64,000 nucleotides of DNA from Octopus vulgaris (lineage: Eukaryota): positions 125,364,001-125,428,000 of the forward strand of contig OX597814.1 of the NCBI GenBank assembly GCA_951406725.2, read 5' to 3'. The notes under the pieces were generated by a model, which was not told where the DNA came from, did not search any database, and was given only the letters and a program-made list of their open reading frames with translations. Of the stretch, positions 24,480 through 37,699 are shown one piece after another; position 1 is the first letter of the stretch, and each line of letters opens with the position of its first letter. A program made the position numbers and the translations under genes.

Positions 24480-24655
24480 CCACGTTTTTTTTTTTTATAT
24501 TTTCTCTCTATTTATTTCCTCGTGTTCCTTTCTGTTGAAGAGCGTAGGCTCGAAACGTAAAAGACTTTCTCACCTTCCCGAGCGCCAAACTAATACACAT
24601 GTTTGTTGTTTATACACCTGTCTTCGTCTTTTGTTTTTCTGTAAATTTCAACTAT
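24480..24655 (+). mobile_element. Probable Penelope pLTR-like fragment carrying a minimal hammerhead motif
   Basis: TTGAAGA-GCGTAGGCTC-GAAA-CGTA-AAAGA at 24535-24564; homologous to 34672-34770 (-). Confidence 0.6.
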
Positions 24656-24922
24656 ATATATAAAACTTTTTTGTAGAATGGTAGATCTCGAAGGAGATAA
24701 AGCTATAAATAATAGCGTGTAAATATTGGTCTTAAAACCTTTTCAATAGGAAAAGTCGAAAACATATGCACATATATATCTGTGAATGTATTTATAAAGA
24801 AACTTGAAAAATTATTACATTTAGAAACTTTTTGTGAAAATCCCAATATACTCTATATTACATAAAGTGTACATAGATGTGTGTGTATTTCGTAAGAAAT
24901 ATATAACTATATATATATATAC

Positions 24923-24993
<71 letters not shown>

Positions 24994-25017
24994 TATATAT
25001 ATACATATATATATATG

Positions 25018-25051
<34 letters not shown>

Positions 25052-25297
25052 CGTGTGTCCATGCATGCACACACATGGAAGCATAGTTATATGTAAACAT
25101 AAAGACACACACATGCATATAAGTGTGTATGAATGTGTATGTATGTATGCATGTATGTATGTATGTACGTATGTATGTATGTATGTATGTATGTATGTAT
25201 GTATGTATGTATGTATGTATGTATGTATGTATGTATGTATGTATGCATGTATGCATGTATGTGTGTTTGTGTATATGAGCGTATTGACATTGCTATT

Positions 25298-25504
25298 TAA
25301 TTTAAATAAAGGTGGTTTATTAGAAAGGCGTTAAAGTTAATATGAGTTGGCATCACATTTGCTGGAGTTGTAAGGACCAATTGATCTAATCTGAATATCT
25401 AGAAAATGGAGATGTTCAGTCGATATGAATTGGATCTTTCACTTGTCATATCTATGTGTATTACATTTAGATGCCCTGTTAATAAATCACCTTTATTTAA
25501 ATTA
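25298..25504. mobile_element. Small element with ~25-45-bp terminal inverted repeats
   Basis: TAATTTAAATAAAGGTGGTTTATTA / TAATAAATCACCTTTATTTAAATTA. Confidence 0.6.
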
Positions 25505-25730
25505 TATATAAATACATGATTTATGTGTGTGCTTGCATGCGTTTATTCTCAAAAACACACACATACGCATACACATATAATACGCGCGCGTGCACACACA
25601 CAGATATATATTTATATATATATATATATATACACATCTGCCTCTACACATGAATATGTATACATATAAATGTGTGTATGCGAATATATGTGTGTGTTTT
25701 TATGTATACATATATATAAACACATATACG

Positions 25731-25778
<48 letters not shown>

Positions 25779-25964
25779 CATATTCGCATATACCTATACA
25801 TACACACATATACACATATACACATATATATATACACACACACCTATATAGATTTGTGTTATGTATTTATAAATTTGCGTATGTATATATATATATGTAT
25901 ATATGTATATATATATACATATATACATATATACATAAACATTTATACATATATATAAATATAG

Positions 25965-26725
25965 AACCCTGAAGAAACTATGCACCTGCAATGTGAGTTG
26001 GATGGAATATACAGGTGGGGTAAGAACAATAGCATGCAGTTTAATGCTGAAAAGTTTCAAGCTTTGTTCTATCAGCGTGGAAAACTAAAAGCAATACCAA
26101 TTAAATACACTGGACCTGAAGGGATCGCAATCCCTTTGACTATTGCTGCCAGCTATATGTCACCAACCAGTGTAAAATTAATTGCAGAACTTAAGGCAAT
26201 CCAACGAAGCTACACGAAGATAGTCTCTATGTGGCATATAAGCTACTGGGAAAGACTCAAGAGACTAAGATTCTATTCTTTAAAGTGTAGGCGAGAAAGA
26301 TATAGTATAATACACATCTGGAAGATACTGGAGGGGCTTGTTCCAAACCTTGGTATCGAAAATTACACTAATACTAAAACAGGGTACCAAAGACTCCAAA
26401 TTCGCCATCAAGATATAGGACAAGTTACTGCAACAGCCTGGGCTTTAGGAGATCACAGCTCTTCAATATCCTCCCGAAGGACCTAAGAAACTTGCATGGG
26501 GTGGTTGTAGGTATTTTCAAAGCGAAACATAACCATTTACTGTTGAGTGTCCCAAATGAACCAACTTCACAGCAGCAAGTGCAGAGGAGGGCAGCGGCAT
26601 CAAACTCCCTTATGCGCCAAATGTCAGTTTCTAAAAAAAATTAGTGAAGTAAAATTATGTAGCAACGCCAAATGGCGGTGCCCCAGCATGGCCACAGCTC
26701 GTGATCTGAAACTAGATCAAATCAA
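25965..26725 (+). mobile_element. CR1-group LINE 3' fragment with internal deletions
   Basis: [43 protein letters not shown]; tail GGCGGTGCCCCAGCATGGCCACAGCTC..CTGAAACTAGA. Confidence 0.92.
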
Positions 26726-26728
26726 ATC

Positions 26729-26787
<59 letters not shown>

Positions 26788-26908
26788 AGTATGTATGTAT
26801 GTATGTATTATGTATGTATGTATTATGTATGTATGTATGTGAATGTATGTATGTATCTATCTACCTCTCTCTCTCTCTCTATATATATATTTGAGTATAC
26901 ACTCACAT

Positions 26909-26965
<57 letters not shown>

Positions 26966-26987
26966 AGTATATGTATGTATGTATATA

Positions 26988-27700
26988 CAGTCTTGGCAGA
27001 AATTATGGAGCAGGTATGAAAAAATAGGGAATATGATTGATTGAAACTCATTTACTTAATAAGTGAAAGCTGTATAATTAACATTCTAGAATCTATCCCA
27101 TCAATAATTAATATCTGATGTGTCCTCCTTTTGCTTTTATAACCGCTTTTATGCGTTTTTACGTTTTGGCGCAAATGGCTGAGTCAATTTCCTGCCTCTC
27201 ATTATGTGACACTAACGTTATTTCCAATTTTTTCTGTGAATATCTTATTGATAACTAATCAGTGATCAATATTTGTTGAAAATGTAACCGAAGAAACAGC
27301 TTCCTGAAGCTCCAAGGGCTTATTGCATTATCTTAAGTTGAAAGTGTAAGAAAATTGAAATGCTCGAGAAAAGGTGTCCAAACAACCATCAAAAGGTACA
27401 ATGAGACGAATTCATTTAAAAACCATAAAGAACTAGATTGCAAAGTGTACAACCACGAAGGAAGACAGGTTGCTTGGAGATGAGATCCCTGGTCGATAAG
27501 AAAAATACCTTTTCTGACGTAGCTTCTGCGTTTCGGATGGCAACAAACAAGGCGGTATCAACTCGCACAGTGAGAAGATTATTAGAAGCTGAACTCAAAA
27601 GATGTAAGGCCAGAAAGAAGCGACTGCCTTCGGCAAAAGAGCATAGGCTGATGATGATTGGGCTGAAGTTGTTTGGTCTGATGAAAGTGTGTGGTGAGTG
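26988..27700 (+). mobile_element. Tc1-like transposon remnant (left end and N-terminal transposase)
   Basis: TA|CAGT start; GVQTTIKRY, VSTRTVRRLLEA..ARKK and VVWSDES motifs. Confidence 0.8.
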
Positions 27701-27724
27701 GTGCATGTATGTTCTATTCCATAA

Positions 27725-27932
27725 ATTGTTTCTAATTTAGGCACAGGGCCAGTAATTTCGAGGAGCGGAGACAAATCGTTTATATCATCCCCAGTACTTA
27801 GCCAGTATTTCGTTTTATCGACCCCGGAGAGAAGAAAGGCTAAGTAGCCCTCATCGGGTTTGAACTCGGAGCATAATGAGCCGGAATGAATACGGCAAGG
27901 AATTTTCTCCGATGTCTTAATAATTCTGCTGT
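27725..27932 (-). mobile_element. MetaSINE-like SINE, older variant
   Basis: TTTTATCGACCCCGGA..GAAAGGC..TTTGAACTC. Confidence 0.7.
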
Positions 27933-28661
27933 TATTTGTAGTGATATGTTTTGTGATTATGTTGGTGGTGGTGCAGTGTGTTAACAGGACTGTGGAAAAT
28001 ATAAATATCTGTGCGTAGGGTGGGGTGAATGTGTGTGCGCGTACGCTTAAAATAAATAGTTCAAAATATAACTTTAAAAGAAAGAAGAAAAAGAAAGAAA
28101 TCAAAAGAAAGTCACAATAAAATGGAAGGAAGAAAAAGAAAGCAGTTCACGAAAAAGAAAGTCAAAAAAGTTAAGAAGAAAGAAATTCAATAGTTCAAAA
28201 ACACAGCAAAAAAATCTTCCGGCCACTAGGTACTCCCGGCCAAGGTCGAACCCGGAACGCCACAACTGGAATACGACTTCCACAAAAACTGGTATACAAG
28301 TCGTTCAATCTTCGGTGGAAAAGACACCCCCCAAAACAGCAATTCTCACTATTATTTTAAAAATTCACAAAAAGTAAACAAATTTTTAGGAGGCGCGATA
28401 CGCCCCCAAGCAATAATTCTCATAATTAAGTGAGAAAAAATATTCACTTAACGTGAACCACTTTTGCTCAACTGCAGGCAGACCAGAGTTTAGGATCCAG
28501 TGAGGACCCCTTGCTTGTAGAAAAATAATTACCGCAGACAACAAACCCCCACTGGACCCAAAAAACAAAAGTCTTACCTTACAAGTGAGCTTTTTTCATC
28601 AGCTGTAGACAGCTTGGTCACTTCTTTCGGTGATATGCACAACACTGACAACAACACATGC

Positions 28662-28720
28662 GCAGTGGGAAGTAGGCTTCTGGGAAGCAAGCTTCTTACC
28701 ACACAGCCACGCCTGCGCCT
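28662..28720 (-). mobile_element. SINE family A head fragment
   Basis: CTTACCACACAGCCACGCCTGCGCC. Confidence 0.75.
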
Positions 28721-29360
28721 ATACTAATTAGAAACACAGCCTCTTGTCGGGACAATAATACTAATATACTATGTGTATATAGTATATGCTATAATTTTGT
28801 AGTATATAAAAATATTTAGATATACATCTCTATTTTTAAGAAGCCAATTACTCTTGGTTTATTACATTTACTAATAAATATTATGAATTGGAAGATTTTT
28901 TAATAATCATTTTTATTTTCAGTTTATTTATTGTGACGTTCTTTGCTAAAAAATATATTGCCTGTAGAAATATTGTCCATTGTGTTTGAAAGGTTTTATT
29001 TCAAATACTTTTATTATTATTCTTTTAATTTCCTTAAGTAAATTTAAATTCATTTTTATCGTTGACTTTTTTACGCGCACCACCAACATATTTTAGTGGC
29101 GAATGTAGCTGTATAGAAATTTTAGGTGTTTCGGATTTCTTTGCAAATATTCTTTGACGACGTTTACTTAAGAAATGTCTTTCATTTTTCTTTTGCCTTT
29201 TGGGTTTCTTTTTGTTTTTTTTGCATGTAGCTCTTTCGTTATTTCCCCTGACGATTTTCAGATATCAACTCGCCAAACCGCTGGCTAGAAACGTGAAACC
29301 ACTTACTGGAACAGTTCTTTTAATATACATATAAAAGCGTATGTGTGTGTTATGTGTGTG

Positions 29361-29792
29361 GGCGCAGGCGTGGCTGTGTGGTAAGAACCACATGATTCTG
29401 AGTTCAGTTTCACTGCGTGGAACCCTGGGCAAGAGACTTCTATTATAGCCTTGAGCCTACTAAAGCCTTGTGAGTAGAGTTGGTATTCGGAAACTGAAAG
29501 AAATCCGTCGTATATACATGTATATGTATATACTTATATGTGTGTATGTGTGTGTGTACGTATGTGTGTCTTTATGACTGTGTTTGTCCCCTCACCATCA
29601 CTTGACAACCGATTTTGATGTGTTTACATCCATGTAACTTAGTGGTTTGTCAAAAAGACCGATAGAATAGTACTAAACTTACAAAGAATAAGTCATAGGG
29701 TCGATTTCTTAGACTAAAACCCTTTAAGGCGGTGCTCCAGCAAGGTAACAGTCAAATGACTGAAACAAGTAAAAATAAAAGAATAAAAGAAA
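29361..29792 (+). mobile_element. SINE family A
   Basis: Full length with (TAAAAGAA)n tail. Confidence 0.93.
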
Positions 29793-29889
29793 TACGATGA
29801 TGTAAACAGGAAGAATGATATGAATATGTTTCTTTTTTATTAATATTTAGCAGAAGCAAGAGAGTGACTCAAGAGCCGAGAGTTTCGTA

Positions 29890-30966
29890 CGTTGGCACTT
29901 ACATAAGAAAGGAACATGCCATTCAATACGGCAACACATATATACTCGATAGTTACAGATACAAATAGACGAGAGAAACGACTGGTAGAGCTCTTCCATT
30001 AAAAGCAGATATAATAAAAAATAAATGCGCCCTTTTAAAGCCTAGCCAGGCTCATGGGCCCGGTTTCCCGGTTTCAATGGCGTATGTGTTCCTCAGCTGG
30101 ACGAGACGCCAGTCCATCGCAGCGTTACTCATTTTTGCCAGCTGAGTGGACTGGAGCAACGTGAAATGAAGTGTTTTGCTCAAGAACACAACGCGTCGCC
30201 TGGTCCAGGAATCGAAGCCACAATCTTACGAACATGATGCTGACACCCTAACCACTAAGCCACAATGAAAAAGAAAAAGCTAATAAATCATGTCTTAACC
30301 AAAGCAAAAGATATCCAGACCTCTGCTTTACAGAGGAACACTCATATCGGAGATAAAAACAAGCATACAGATATAAATATTCCATTTGTAGTCACCCATA
30401 ATCCTAGGATTCACAACATCCTACATTCAGTCACTACCCAATTCAATACAAATCATCAAATTTTGACAAATAGTTAAAAATTCATAAATCATTAAAAGCC
30501 GAAGATTACCACCAAATCTCAAGAGAGTCCTAAAAAAAACCGAGATTCACATCAGAGAAAAAAGCCATGCAGGTAACGATCTGTGGAGACTCGCGTTGTG
30601 GGACATGTGAAATAATGGAAGGAGGGACAACCAAACGATTCAGAAATGGTAAGGAATTGAAAGTGGATGCAAACATGAACTGCAGAAGATAAAAATCTCA
30701 TCTACTGCTTCATAGGCCCACTATACAACTAGAATTGCATTAGGGAAACAGGAACAAAACTAACCAGCCGTGTAAATGTGACTAAACAGCAAATTAAAGA
30801 TTCATCTATTAGAAATGAACCATGTTGTAAACATCTAGTCATTTGTACAAATGGAAAATTTAAAATATTCCCCTTTTACAAAATAAAAGATGAAAATGAT
30901 CAAATACGAAAGGCAAAAGAAGATTACTTTATAAAAATTCTAAATCCGAAACTAAGTCGGAAATAA
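29890..30966 (+). mobile_element. Penelope-like element C-terminal region (linker, zinc finger, GIY-YIG), degenerate
   Basis: IPFVVTHNPR, PPNLKRVL, CGDSRCGTC, NLIYC and FKIFPFYK..RKAKEDYFIKILNPKL motifs; interrupted by SINE B. Confidence 0.9.
30023..30263 (-). mobile_element. SINE family B, full length
   Basis: Minus strand GTGGCTTAGTGGTTAGGGTG tRNA head, TGTGTTCTTGAGCAAAACACTTCATTTCACGTTGCTCCAGTCCACTCAGCTGG core. Confidence 0.93.
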
Positions 30967-31115
30967 TCAACACCATTACTAAAAACAACTTCCTCTATAC
31001 GCATCAGCCCAGAACATGTGTGTTTGAAAAGTTGAACAACAAAGTACACACTATCGGCAAACGTCTTTCACAAAGGCTGGTCACATTCTGTTAATTTGTT
31101 TTAAGCTAATATATA

Positions 31116-31293
31116 GGCGCAGGAGTGGCTGTGTGGTAAGTAGCTTACCAACCACATAGTTCCGGATTCAGTCCCACTGCGTGACACCTTGGGCAAGTGT
31201 CTTCTACTATAGCCTCGGGCCGACCAAAGTCTTGTGAGTGGATTTGGTTTACGGAAACTAAAAGAAGCCCGTCGTATATGTGTATATATATAT

Positions 31294-31324
<31 letters not shown>

Positions 31325-31568
31325 CGTGCGTGCGTGCGTGTGTGTGCGCGTGTGTGTGTGTGTGTGTGTGTGTCTGTGTTTGTCCCCCAGCATCGCTTGA
31401 CAACCGATGCTGGTGTGTTTACGTCCCCGCAACTTGGCGGTTTGGCAAAAGAGACCGATAGAATAAGTACTAGGCTTATAAAGAATAAGTTCTGGGGTCG
31501 ATTTGCTCGACTAAAGGCGGTGCTCCAGCATGGCCGCAGTCAAATGACTGAAACAAGTAAAAGAGTAA
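31116..31568 (+). mobile_element. SINE family A
   Basis: Full length. Confidence 0.96.
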
Positions 31569-31667
31569 TAACTTGATCTCGAACTTAATGTGAAGGTTTT
31601 GTCTGAATAAATTGATATTGTATACATCGTTAACGGGAGTTTTGGCTGTTACGCCACTGCTGGACAT

Positions 31668-31714
31668 CTGCTTCTGAGGAACCCATAGCAGGGTGAAATC
31701 ATGTGATCTGGCAG
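31668..31714 (+). ncRNA. Type I hammerhead ribozyme motif in probable Penelope pLTR
   Basis: CTGCTT-CTGAGGA-ACCC(atagca)GGGT-GAAA-TCA(tg)TGA-TC-TGGCAG; all core bases present, AUC cleavage triplet at 31708. Confidence 0.78.
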
Positions 31715-32429
31715 TTTTGGTAGGTGTATCAAACGATTCTCGTCGTCAACAATATGATTACGAGTGCTTTTATACAGCAGAGTCCTTATGAGAGGCCCTC
31801 TCAAGGAAAATAATGCAGTATTCTGTGTTTTAACACAACCTCCACGTTAAGTTGGAGTTCAAGATTACCTTTTGATATTAATACTGCTTCTGTCGCTATT
31901 AATTAATTAAACAATTTAAAATGAAATATATACTGTTTTTAAAACAAAAATGCAATATTAATTGTGTTTTCAAAAGTAAATAAAATGGTTGCCTCACAAG
32001 TTTAGTTTTTCGGTAGGCAGAAATACGAATGCGATCTGACTTGTTTTTGTTTTGTTAAACTTTTATCATGAAAGAATAACCATCTACAAATTAACCGAAT
32101 TTCAGTTTGTATACTCTATAAATAACTATAACTACTAATCTCTCCGTGGATACATGTCGGTAATTTTCTCTCTGATGAACATCTATTAAGAGAAGAAACT
32201 GGCTACTTTGATCCCATTTTTCTGCTCAGACACAAACCCTGTGTTATAACCGCTTTGTTCATTTTTCACAGTTAAAATAAAAGTTAAAATAAAAGTTTTT
32301 GTCTTGGGTCGGTGGTGGGACGGTTCTTGAAAATAGCATATTTTACAATTCGAATTATAGGCAAACGCTGTAAGTGCTCTATGAATTAACTAAGATATAA
32401 ATTTTTAGAGAAAGGAAGTTTTATCATAT

Positions 32430-33283
32430 GTGAGGTACTATCAGAAGATCTCCAAGTTGCAAGAGCCGTGATTGTACCGTTCACTGGAAATATCTTCTCA
32501 ACTGATGATATTTAGCCAACCAGTCTTTATGTTATCTACTTGTCTTCAATTCTTACTGAAAGTTCTATAGCACTGCGTTTGAGCAACTCTTCGATTTTGC
32601 TATGGTTAAAAAAGTGTAGCAATGTGCCAGCGGAAATATTTTGCATGTAGCTCGGCAAATCTGTTGTTGAACCCCTCGAAATCCTTTGTCATCTTTTGAC
32701 GATACTTGGCGGACACAGATTGATTGACGGTTAAAGATGATAAGCGTTTAAGGCGACCAACTGCTAACAAAACGCTTAACAACATGGAAAAATAATCAGT
32801 GAACTCTGCCAACAAATCTCTCATGACTCGAATCAGCTTTGGAGACTGCGAAGTGATTCTCCAGCTATGCATGAATATGCATCTCATTTACTTCCATAAT
32901 TTTTTCTTAGTTAATTCATAAGGCACTCATAGAAAAACTGTGGCTGCCGCTCTACACTCTCCATCTTCGTCTTGTAGTCCATCCCCTTGTGACAGTGCCG
33001 TATTTCTCAAAATGAAAATGAAGTTGAAGCGATGCCTCTCCGAGACAGTGGATTATATACAAATAGAACCGTTGGAGATATTACACAGCTTTCTGAAAGA
33101 GGATGATATCAATGATACTTTTTGAGGCGTGAAAGAACAGCTTGGATTGCTGCGTATAATCCCAAGAGGACGATACCCGAATGTTAATAATATATGAAAT
33201 GCATAATTTACTAAAATACTGGTTTGGTTTTTATTTCTTTTTTAACGCCTGGTCCGACAACTTTGACAACAATGTCGGACGTA
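32430..33283 (+). mobile_element. Degraded, internally deleted mariner element
   Basis: DDKRLRRPT (DDxRSGRP-like) and SPSPCDSAVFLKMKMKLKR (SPDLAPCDFFLFPKMK-like) remnants. Confidence 0.65.
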
Positions 33284-33582
33284 AGTGTTTGGGTGAAGAA
33301 GGGTTTGATATGTGTGTGTTTATATGAGTACGTCTCTTTTCTGTATTAGTGTCTCCTGGGAGTATTGGTATTCATAGACAGAGGTTTTCTGTGATATAGA
33401 AATATTTACAATGTCTAAAAGATATCTCATATGTGTGTGTATAATCAGTTGACACTGAATACTATGAAACCGGGATGATGAAAGCGATAAAACATATCAC
33501 ATGAATATACATCTTGATGTACAATGAAAGACACTGATATACATTTATTAACCAATGTCAGTATATGTTTGTATGTATGTAA

Positions 33583-33968
<386 letters not shown>

Positions 33969-34396
33969 CCCTATACATACTTTCATATATATATGCAGTC
34001 ATATATGCTTGTGTGTGTACGGTGTGTGTAGTGTGTGTGTGTGTGTGTGTTCAAAGTACCTTTATCTCAGACATATTTTATTAAAACGCGTCTCTCACTT
34101 AATGTATTTCATTTTTAATTTCCTATTTTCCTGATGACAATTTCAATAGTTATTAGTGTATCAGTGCGTATGTGCAATGACGACATATACACATACACAC
34201 ACACAGACGCACATACACATGTATACACACACATGCACATACAGACATATACACACGCGCGCGCGCACACTAGTTGAAAGCTTATATCCTATGCGAGTAA
34301 AACTTGGGAGGTCATCAAGTATTCTATGCCTGTAAGTGTCTGTGTGTATGTATAGGTGTATGTGAATTCACTTTTACGCATAAACTTATATACGTG

Positions 34397-34433
<37 letters not shown>

Positions 34434-34631
34434 TGAGAGAGAGAGAGAGATAGATAGATATATAGATAGATAGATGTGTGTGCATGTGCATATATTATAT
34501 ATATATACATGTGTGTGTGTATCTAATATATATGCAAATGCACATGCACACATACATGCATATATATATATATATATAAGTACGTACATACATATGTATG
34601 TATGTATATATATATAGATGTATGCATATAC

Positions 34632-34671
<40 letters not shown>

Positions 34672-34672
<1 letters not shown>

Positions 34673-34770
34673 GGGAGAATTCACGAAAAAAACAAAAGGC
34701 GAAGACAGGTGGTGTAGAAAACAAACAGATGTATTAGTATAACGCTCAGGAATTGAAAAAGTCTTTACAT
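34672..34770 (-). mobile_element. pLTR-like fragment homologous to 24557-24655
   Basis: Reverse complement aligns with 24557-24655 (AAAGACTTT...GAGCG..ACTAATAC..TGTTTGTT..ACCTGTCTTCG). Confidence 0.7.
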
Positions 34771-35399
34771 AGATACATACATACATATGCATATACTTAT
34801 ATATCTGTATTCTGGGTGTGAAGACATTTTGGCCAGAGGGGCGTGAATAATGTAACATCCGCACAATGGCCTTTTCAGCAGGCGGTTAAATAACTACCTT
34901 AGAATTTGAAGTCGTTTAAATACCCTTGATTTTATAAAACAAACAGCAGGCGAACTAAACTGATTCGAATTGTAGAGAAATTCAAGCAAAGCCGTTTAGG
35001 GAGAGACAACTGTATACAAAGGCAGCTCAAGTAATTCAGACGCCATCTTGAGTCACAATTATAAGTATTTTATATAAAACTTATACTTATGTTCAAATTA
35101 TGAATTTGTAATTAACAAACTTACATACATATGTACTTACATACATACATACACACACATGCATGTACCCGCGCACTCACACGTACATGTATATATATAT
35201 ATATGTAATTATGTATACATATATGTGTGTGTTGGCTGTATCCGTGTATATATGGATGTCGTCCTAGACGTCGATATCCTCGGATTACCCGTTTATGAGA
35301 ATATGACCATGCCACATAGAATGAAGAACTTAAAGTGCAAACCTGAAGTATATAATATAAAACAGCAAGGATTCCGGCAAACTCCATCTATAATAAATA

Positions 35400-36270
35400 C
35401 AGGGTGTGAGAGGTAACTGAGTGCATGATTGTAATTTAATAAAATAACAATGAACTATTGTGTCTGGGGAGAGTCATTTTCTTTTTCTGCCTTATTATGT
35501 AACACACTCACCGGTAAAATTTCCACGTTTTTCTTATTTTTACTGTCCTAAAATTTTCGTAGCGTCTTGCAACCTTTTCAATAGTTTTGACTCTAGAGCA
35601 ACTATTGAAAAGGTTGCAAGACTCAACGGAAATTTTAGGACAATAAAAATAAGAAAAACGTGGAAATTTTACCGGTGAGTGTGTTACATAATAAGGCACA
35701 AAAAGAAAATGACTCCCCCCAGATACAATAGAATATGCTTCAACACACGAACTCATAAAGAATCTTGCAAACCAAATCCCAAAACGAAACAACGAACTAG
35801 TAAAATTAAATTTATTTTAATTAAAAAAATTGGCGCACATGTTGTCGATAAGCTTCGGTAACTGCTTCAATGTGGGATCGGAATCATTGACATGGTTCTT
35901 ATTCTTTTCAGACATTACCTGAACAATGGTTGACTTCAGTGAAGCCATGATTCTGTGATGATATCGATTACTCTTCATTTCTACGATGTTTCAAACGTAG
36001 TAGTTCATGAGATTTAAATTTGGTATTACATAATCGTAAAGACTATTTGACATCTATCCTTGGGTTACGTGGGCATAGTGAAAAGGCATTGAGACTTGAA
36101 ACGTATTTGGCCTTCCATTACGTTCTTCATCCATATAAAGCTTAATTGGCTCTCAACGTAGCCAGCAGCATTAATTCTAAGGTCCTGTGGTAAGATATGA
36201 GGTGGTATAGCATGACCTTTGTTTCTCATCACTCCTAAAACCATCACAGTTGCTGGAAACTTATGCATTA
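35400..36270 (-). mobile_element. maT/DD37D-like Tc1-mariner remnant (3' half), interrupted at 35455-~35810
   Basis: KFPATVMVLGV..GHAIPPHILPQDLRINAAGY motif; TA|CAGGGTG TIR-like terminus at 35398. Confidence 0.75.
35455..35731. repeat. Long hairpin (132-bp arms, 13-nt loop)
   Basis: 35455-35586 is the reverse complement of 35600-35731 with several mismatches. Confidence 0.95.
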
Positions 36271-37699
36271 TTCTTCTGGAGCCATCAGAGGTATAATATT
36301 AAATGATCACCCATCGGGACCGTTTAAATAACATGTTTTATCTATCAAAGACGTCCTCTATAGCTGTGAAATATGGAAGTATTGAAGGATTAGGTTGCTG
36401 GACACTCTTAGATTCTGTGGACTACGTCCCTGTTTTGCTATCAGGCACCACGGAAATAGGAGTGGTCGCTACTGTACTGAAAGAATACAAGAAGGTTTCA
36501 AGATATTAATCAGGACCATTTAATGCATGCTCGGTGACTGGAGAAGTATATCCAAGTTGGTCAGTGTAATGAATACCTGGACAAAAGTCTTGTTATAATC
36601 CATAGGGCGTGGTTTGAGATAGACCTTCAGGAAATAGGACGTGATTACGAGTAGGGTGCACAAATCTGAATTTAAAGGAAGTCGAGAGGATTCTAAGCCT
36701 AAAAGATGAGGAGGAAACGACGAACGCATGCTTAGCTTCTAGTATTTATTTCAGTGTGATCGGTATGCCTTATCCAGTTTTCATCTGATGAAACAAGCTT
36801 TTTTCTTTTTGTGAAAGAGTCGTATTTCACAGGTGATGCGGTTCATCTACTGCCAACATCTGTTTCTGAACGGTTCGCCATGTTGTGACTGATACAGCGT
36901 AGACACGTGGTTAGTTCCTCCATCTGCAGAAATTCTCAATCCCTAAGGTGTGGTCACCATTTATGAGGCAGATTTCATAAAGGTTATCACACTGACAGAG
37001 CTACAGTCCTGCATTCGCTAAAGAGGCCAATGTGTATGCTGTAATGATGTCGACCTTATTGACCGATATATATACACATTCAGAGTATATATATTTGTAA
37101 TTTGTTTTAATGCTTTGTTTTTCCTTTCCATATTCTTTGGGTCCCTAGCACCTGGTATGTTCAGAAGTGGTCACAGTTCTCTGCAAGTTGGACAACGAGG
37201 CTGATGATATGCCATTCCTCACATTCTATAGGGGGCTAACGGCTGACAAGCGTGACAATGTTGGAGAGACTCCAGGCATTGACGAAGAGGAAATGAACAG
37301 TTTTTCCTCTGTCAAATCTATCTCCGTACATTTGCTGCTACTGTCACTATTGTTTCGTTCGGGTAGGTCGATTTTGAAACTATAATCTCGGACTAGTCTA
37401 GATAGTAAGGTATTAATGTATAAAAATATGTCGCATTAACTCTTATTTATGAAAATGATTGTATTGTATGTTTTCAGGATTCTCAGTTATATTTAAGTTG
37501 TAAAATTGTATAATTTTATGCATAAAAAGCCAATCATTGGATCTAATTTAATCAAAATAACCACTTAAAATTTGTCGCTTTCAACAAAACAATGCTTGGA
37601 ACTTGTTTAAATCCTTTATAGATGTTTATTGATGTATTATTTTGTACTCTCTAATGATATTTACCTATCAAATACTTATTAAATTAAATAATTTTCAGA

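Noticed and set aside
27950-28660. Unassigned segment with a minus-strand AG|GTAAG donor; possible LINE ORF1 or exon
   Set aside because: No motif that I can identify with confidence
36300-37400. Moderately GC-rich unassigned region that may be an old LINE or exon
   Set aside because: No convincing motif in any frame
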